A DNA stretch of 41,229 nucleotides from a virus. Taxonomy: Duplodnaviria > Caudoviricetes. Under the pieces are notes generated by a model, which was not told the origin of the DNA, did not search any database, and worked only from the letters and a program-made list of their open reading frames with translations. A program made the translations under genes and the position numbers. Of the stretch, positions 36,739-41,229 are shown piece after piece (position 1 is the first letter of the stretch; every line of letters starts with the position of its first letter). The DNA lies in the IMG/VR virus record IMGVR_UViG_3300044484_000015, positions 1 to 41,229 of that record; one strand, given 5' to 3'.

Positions 36739-38016
36739 TCAGCGACCTCTCAGATAGTTTTCGATTTCGGCCTGCGCCTGTTCCTCGGGCGACATGCTCA
36801 AGAGGCCTGCCGTGGCTACGCCCCCCATGCCATAGACCGGGATCGTGCCGCGCGCCATGCCTTCCAAAACCTTCTCAGGCGAGAGGCCCGTCAAACGCGA
36901 CGTGCGATAGATGGCCTCGTTGTAGTTCTGGATCATAGGCTTTCCGGGCACGTTTTTAATGCCCGCCCAGCCGACTTCTTGGCCCCCGATGGGTGCCAGT
37001 CCAGCGCGGCCGGCGGCATCCGCGACCGCCTGACGGGCGATCCCGTAAGCGTTGGATGACGGCGAACCATCCGACGTCGGATCGACGGCCTTCATCATCT
37101 GCTCGTCGATAACCGGGCGATCTGTGAAACCCCCAAATGAGGTGCTGAAGTCATACCTTTTTGGGTTTGCTGCGGTGACGCCCGTGCCGGGTGCATCCAC
37201 GCCGATCATTTTCTCGAACATGGCCATGTTGCCGCTCGCAAAGCGGCCGCCGACTGGGTACGGCATTTCGTACGCGCGGCGCGGGAAATCTGGCGGCGGC
37301 ATGTTCGTGCCGGGGGTCGGGTTCAGCCGCCGCTGCTTGATGAAGTTACCGAGGGAGGCCATCAGCAGGTTTGACGTCGGGTCTGCGCCGCCCGTGGTGG
37401 CCGCCATGGCGTCCATGACGCGCTCTTCAAAGGCGCGCGGCCCCTGTTCTGGTCCCAGCATTCGGATGAACTCATCCTCAAGCTGCCCAAGCTTGTAAAA
37501 CCCATGCGCGCCGGGGTCATCGATAGCGTTTGCGATTGCCGCATCCAAGCGCGCTGCGCTTTCGGGGCCAGCGTACAGGTCTTGGTACTTCTGCGTGGTC
37601 GCGGCGCGCGCCGGCACCATGTCCTTTGTCAGATCGGGGCGGACATAGTTGGCCGGGTTGGCGTTGTAGCGCGCGCTGACGTCAAAATACTGGTCGTAGT
37701 CACCCCTTTTGATGTCGTCTTGCAGCAATTTGCGCGCCCGCGCAACCGCCTCTGCCTCTCGGCTGGCACCCTTGGCCAGATACGGCTTTCCTGTCTTGGG
37801 GTCGATGGACGGGACGGGCGGTGCCACTTCTGGGTAGTCGCGAGCCAGATCAGCGCGTGTCAGCCCACCCTGCGCCAAAATCTCATCGATTTGCTCATCC
37901 GTCGTGCGCGGTTTAACCGGCTTTGCGCGGCGGGCTTTTGAGGTTGCCCCGGCACCCCGCGTGATGCTTTTTGCGCCAGACACGATCAGATCGAGGATGT
38001 TGTCTGCGATGGCCAT
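36739..38016 (-). CDS. Putative packaged protein with HhH-glycosylase-like domain
   Basis: AATTGG.DP..NL, K.YDF, PVIDEQM, Y......AA...GL.P...Q..GW; GLL-containing tail. Confidence 0.45.
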   Translation of the reverse strand: MAIADNILDLIVSGAKSITRGAGATSKARRAKPVKPRTTDEQIDEILAQGGLTRADLARDYPEVAPPVPSIDPKTGKPYLAKGASREAEAVARARKLLQDDIKRGDYDQYFDVSARYNANPANYVRPDLTKDMVPARAATTQKYQDLYAGPESAARLDAAIANAIDDPGAHGFYKLGQLEDEFIRMLGPEQGPRAFEERVMDAMAATTGGADPTSNLLMASLGNFIKQRRLNPTPGTNMPPPDFPRRAYEMPYPVGGRFASGNMAMFEKMIGVDAPGTGVTAANPKRYDFSTSFGGFTDRPVIDEQMMKAVDPTSDGSPSSNAYGIARQAVADAAGRAGLAPIGGQEVGWAGIKNVPGKPMIQNYNEAIYRTSRLTGLSPEKVLEGMARGTIPVYGMGGVATAGLLSMSPEEQAQAEIENYLRGR

Positions 38017-38538
38017 TTACATCTCCAAAAGCCCGACCGGGCGACGCTTGGGTCGTCCCGGATTGTAGATCGGCGCGCCAAAATAGCCCTGCTCGGGCAA
38101 TTTTTGACCTGTTATCTGCTCATATGCGGCGCGCACTTTTGGTGCATACTCGCGCGCCTCTTTCGAGGGGTGGCTGGCCGCGTCGTAGTCCCGCATCGAG
38201 GGCAGGCCGGCGTTGTAGCCCGTGATGATCTGATCCAGATCGGTGTTGAAGGCCCGGTGTGCGCCCGTCAGGTACTCATAGGCCCAGCGGCGGGCGATCT
38301 CGGGGTCCATCGACAGCGAATTTGCGCCGGCGACGTCCTGCTTGGGCTGCATGCCGTACATCGCGCCCACGTCAAAAATCGTCGGTATCTCGTAGCCGGG
38401 GTCCATCGTGTTGCGGGCGATCTGCTGCATGTCGCCGACTGCGCCCTTCTTGCTGACCGCGCCCAGCCGGTTGGTGCTTTCCACGAACCGCATGGCGTCC
38501 AGCAGGCCTGCGATGTCATATCTCTGTGGGTCGGCCAT
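38017..38538 (-). CDS. Lytic transglycosylase (SLT domain)
   Basis: VES catalytic motif, AVSKKGAVGDMQ, YL, GYNAG, EAREY..KV. Confidence 0.85.
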   Translation of the reverse strand: MADPQRYDIAGLLDAMRFVESTNRLGAVSKKGAVGDMQQIARNTMDPGYEIPTIFDVGAMYGMQPKQDVAGANSLSMDPEIARRWAYEYLTGAHRAFNTDLDQIITGYNAGLPSMRDYDAASHPSKEAREYAPKVRAAYEQITGQKLPEQGYFGAPIYNPGRPKRRPVGLLEM

Positions 38539-38897
38539 CAGCGTGGCCCGTAGCCGGTGGCGCTGGGCGCTTGCTTCAGGGCCTGCATGAGCAGTTGCAT
38601 CAGTGCCTCATCCGACATCTGGCCCACGGGCGGCAGCGTCGTGGTCGTGATTGCGCCGGGCGCGTAGGGGTTGGGCGGTGGCAGAAGCGCGGGGCTGGTG
38701 GGCGAGGGAACCCCCAGCCCCGCTGGCCGCATGGGCGGCTGCTGCTGAGCCAGCCGATCCATGTAGCCCATTGGTCTGATCCCCAGCGCGTTCATCAGGC
38801 CCGACAGCGGGCCACCCTCAAACGTCTGGCCGGCGCGGCCTGCGCCGCCGCCGTCGAGCATGTCCAGAAGTCCCAAATAGCGGCCGTCTGCCATCAC
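38538..38897 (-). CDS. Pro/Gly-rich hypothetical protein with GLLD leader
   Basis: Coupled to the terL stop and to the SLT gene start. Confidence 0.7.
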   Translation of the reverse strand: MMADGRYLGLLDMLDGGGAGRAGQTFEGGPLSGLMNALGIRPMGYMDRLAQQQPPMRPAGLGVPSPTSPALLPPPNPYAPGAITTTTLPPVGQMSDEALMQLLMQALKQAPSATGYGPR

Positions 38898-40297
38898 GCA
38901 ATCCCCTTCAGGTTCCGCCGGATCGGCTTCGACCAGTTTGCCATCGGCGACCCCAAAGACGTCGCCGCGTCGCTCGCGAAGGTCAGGAAAACCGCGTCCG
39001 CCTTGTCAGGCGATCTGAGGCCCCGCCGCCGCATGTCATCCTTCCCCTCGGCCTTCATCTTGCCGGTGCTGGCGAAAGAATACCTGATCGAGGTCATTTC
39101 CGCAATCAGTTCGGCGTCGTTGGGCAGGCGGCTCCCGCGCTGCTCGAGCCAGCCTCGGAAGCGGAAGATCAATTCCGTCCGCAGGTTGTTGTACGTCGCG
39201 CCGAAGGCGGGAGCCTCGCTGACGTTCACCGCGCGCACCGGCAGCCCCAGTTCGCGCAGTCGGTCATGCACGCCGCTGCCCAAGCCGATGACGTCCACCA
39301 GTATCTCGCTGGGCCGGTCGCTGGGCAGCAGGCCATCGTATTGCGCCTTCACCCGACCCACCGTCTGCATCAGGTCCAGCCCCTTCCACGTCTCCACCTC
39401 GCTGATCACTGGCCCCGTCCGCTTGGCCAGCGCCGTGCGGTCACTGCCAAAGCGCGCCACGTCCAGCCCCCAGATCGGCTTCGTCGCCGGGCTGGGCGTG
39501 ATGTCGCGCGACTTGGCCGCTTCGGCCAGATAGAGCGGGATGATCGTGTCATCATCCCCCAGCGGGAACTCCCCCAGCACGCGGATGCGGTACGCATTGC
39601 TGTCGATCCCGTAGCGCGTCGCCATTTCCTCGACGAACTCTTTCGACACCCGCGCGCTCTCGATGCACGACCAGTGCAGCGTGAACCAGCTGCCGGCGAG
39701 CCGGTTGTGGCTCTCAAAGAACGTGCCGCTGGATCGCGTCGGGTTGCCGGCCAAAATCGTCGTCGCGTTGTGCCCAGACATCGAGCCGCTGGCCGCCTCG
39801 AACACCTGCTCGGGCACGCCGCTCGCCTCGTCCACGACCAGCATCACGTTGTCGCTGTGAACTCCCGCGAGGGCCTCGGGCTGCTCGGCGCGGCTGGTCC
39901 GGGCCGAGATGAACGCCTCAGACGGCGCGGCGATCAACTCCACGCGATCCGTCTTCACCTCCAGCAAAATCTGCAGGGCCTGCGGCAGTTCGCCGATCCA
40001 GCGCTTCAGTTCCGCGAACAGGGCGTCATACAGCTGCGCCGTCGTCGGCGCGGTCACGACCACCTTGTTCGGAAACCTGAACAGGCAGAACCACAACATC
40101 GCCCAGCTGAGGGCCGTCGATTTCCCCGTCCCGTGCCCGGACCTGACGCTGATCTTCCGCTCGCCCCGGCCCACCGCCCGCAGCAGGTCTTCCTGATACG
40201 GCTCGGGCGTCGCGCCGAGGATTTCCCTGACGAACAGCACCGGCCCATCCTCGGTCGTGCCGTAGCGGGCGATCATTTCCTCAAACGGATTGCTCAT
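38894..40297 (-). CDS. terL: Terminase large subunit
   Basis: SGHGTGKS Walker A, VVDEASG Walker B, GNP, GLDVARFGSD and SPDKADA nuclease motifs. Confidence 0.95.
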   Translation of the reverse strand: MSNPFEEMIARYGTTEDGPVLFVREILGATPEPYQEDLLRAVGRGERKISVRSGHGTGKSTALSWAMLWFCLFRFPNKVVVTAPTTAQLYDALFAELKRWIGELPQALQILLEVKTDRVELIAAPSEAFISARTSRAEQPEALAGVHSDNVMLVVDEASGVPEQVFEAASGSMSGHNATTILAGNPTRSSGTFFESHNRLAGSWFTLHWSCIESARVSKEFVEEMATRYGIDSNAYRIRVLGEFPLGDDDTIIPLYLAEAAKSRDITPSPATKPIWGLDVARFGSDRTALAKRTGPVISEVETWKGLDLMQTVGRVKAQYDGLLPSDRPSEILVDVIGLGSGVHDRLRELGLPVRAVNVSEAPAFGATYNNLRTELIFRFRGWLEQRGSRLPNDAELIAEMTSIRYSFASTGKMKAEGKDDMRRRGLRSPDKADAVFLTFASDAATSLGSPMANWSKPIRRNLKGIA

Positions 40298-40764
40298 TCG
40301 GTGGCCTCCCCCGCCGTGCCGTCAATCACGATGCCGCCATCGCGGTGCTTCTTCAGCGCGTCCAGATGCAGCTGATTGATGTTCAGCGTGATCGTCGGCC
40401 CCGCCTTGTTCTGCTGATACCGATCCGGGTGGTTCACCGTCGCGAGCCACTTCCTGACGTCGATCCGCTCCTTCGCGACCGCGATATGCTCCCGCGTCAG
40501 GCCGGGCGTGTCGGCCAAGTTGTCCGCGATCTGCAGGGCCTCTTCGGCGAGCGTGTCGGCCTGCTCGCGCCGGGCCTCATCAATCATCGGCCGGTAGGCC
40601 TCGTTCGCGTTCAAGTGCCGGCTCAAGTACGTTCGGCTGCAGCCGAGGTCGTTTGCCAAATCGAGTATCGTGCCCCCGGCGGCGATGTAGTCCCTGACAT
40701 ACTCAGGCCCGCCTCGTTCCTCGATCTCGGCCAGCAGCCGCTTCTTCAGTGCCCGTCCCGCCAT
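40294..40764 (-). CDS. terS: Terminase small subunit
   Basis: N-terminal HTH, AR..QAD.LAEE...IAD, RID.RKW; directly upstream of terL; AAGGAGGT RBS. Confidence 0.85.
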   Translation of the reverse strand: MAGRALKKRLLAEIEERGGPEYVRDYIAAGGTILDLANDLGCSRTYLSRHLNANEAYRPMIDEARREQADTLAEEALQIADNLADTPGLTREHIAVAKERIDVRKWLATVNHPDRYQQNKAGPTITLNINQLHLDALKKHRDGGIVIDGTAGEATE

Positions 40765-40788
40765 GTGCTACCTCCTTGGTGTGCATGT

Positions 40789-40818
40789 GATTTAGCGCCG
40801 TTTTTCAAAAATTTTCAA
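40789..40818 (-). promoter_or_regulatory. Putative promoter for the terS operon (TTGAAA...GCTAAATC)
   Basis: AT-rich island; the -10 region resembles the alphaproteobacterial GCTANAWC consensus. Confidence 0.5.
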
Positions 40819-40913
40819 GGTGCGTGGGGTCTGGGCGATCCGTGTGAGGCTGACGCCGCAGCCGCCCCCGCCTTAACCCCTCGGGGGCGGGGGGCCTCGC
40901 GTTCAGGGGGCGA

Positions 40914-40941
40914 TAATCCGATAAGCCTCATTATGTAATAT
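40914..40941. other. dif-like XerC/XerD recombination site: TAATCCGATAA-GCCTCA-TTATGTAATAT
   Basis: 11-6-11 layout with inner ATAA-N6-TTAT; right arm matches E. coli XerD arm TTATGTTAAAT at 9/11. Confidence 0.7.
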
Positions 40942-40955
40942 GCGTTGTCCTTTGT

Positions 40956-40968
40956 TATCAAGCACTTA
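40956..40968 (+). promoter_or_regulatory. IHF binding site TATCAAGCACTTA
   Basis: Exact match to the WATCAANNNNTTR consensus. Confidence 0.6.
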
Positions 40969-41109
40969 GCCTTTTGCACCTACCTCAGGTTGTACCGATC
41001 AGGTATCTCGGGCCTCGGCCAGTGCTTGACAGCGGTAGCTGGATACCCCACGCGCGGGCGCTGGCGCAGCGAGGCGGCGTGTCTGCTGGGCAGGTTTAGC
41101 TGGTACGAC

Positions 41110-41229
41110 GCACCAGACCCGAGGCACCAGACCCGAGGCACCAGACCCGAGGCACCAGACCCGAGGCACCAGACCCGAGGCACCAGACCCGAGGCACCAG
41201 ATCGCTGACCAGATCGCTGACCAGATCGC
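41110..41229. repeat. Terminal direct repeat, right copy
   Basis: Identical to 1-120. Confidence 0.95.

Noticed and set aside
40945-41208. ORFs running through the tandem repeat, on both strands
   Set aside because: Translation of the 14-bp repeat in shifting phase; no RBS; overlaps regulatory sites

Overview
The window appears to be a complete ~41.1-kb, GC-rich, tailed dsDNA phage genome with podovirus-type architecture. Bases 1-120 are identical to 41110-41229, indicating a circular contig or a direct terminal repeat. The host is probably an alphaproteobacterium, inferred from promoter style and apparent GANTC avoidance. The left arm holds a replication module: primase-helicase, AlpA-like HTH, family A DNA polymerase, VRR-NUC, DUF2800/Cas4-like nuclease, putative SSB, SNF2 helicase, dCMP deaminase and a dATP/dGTP diphosphohydrolase domain. 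Accessory genes are interspersed (TerB, Acb2/Tad1-like, HicA-like, DUF932, lipoprotein). The right 26 kb is a minus-strand morphogenesis operon in an unusual order: terS-terL-[cargo cassette]-adaptor-tail-lysis-nozzle-ejection proteins-portal-scaffold-MCP-receptor-binding protein. There are three main leads. (1) A four-gene cassette after terL whose products share GLL(D) motifs with the ejection proteins and carry enzyme-like domains (SLT, HhH-glycosylase-like, pre-toxin plus GNAT-like); it may be a capsid-packaged effector system. (2) A 28-bp dif-like XerCD site next to a consensus IHF site, in a phage with no recognisable integrase. (3) Early anti-defence candidates. All protein assignments come from motif recognition by eye; no database searches were run.
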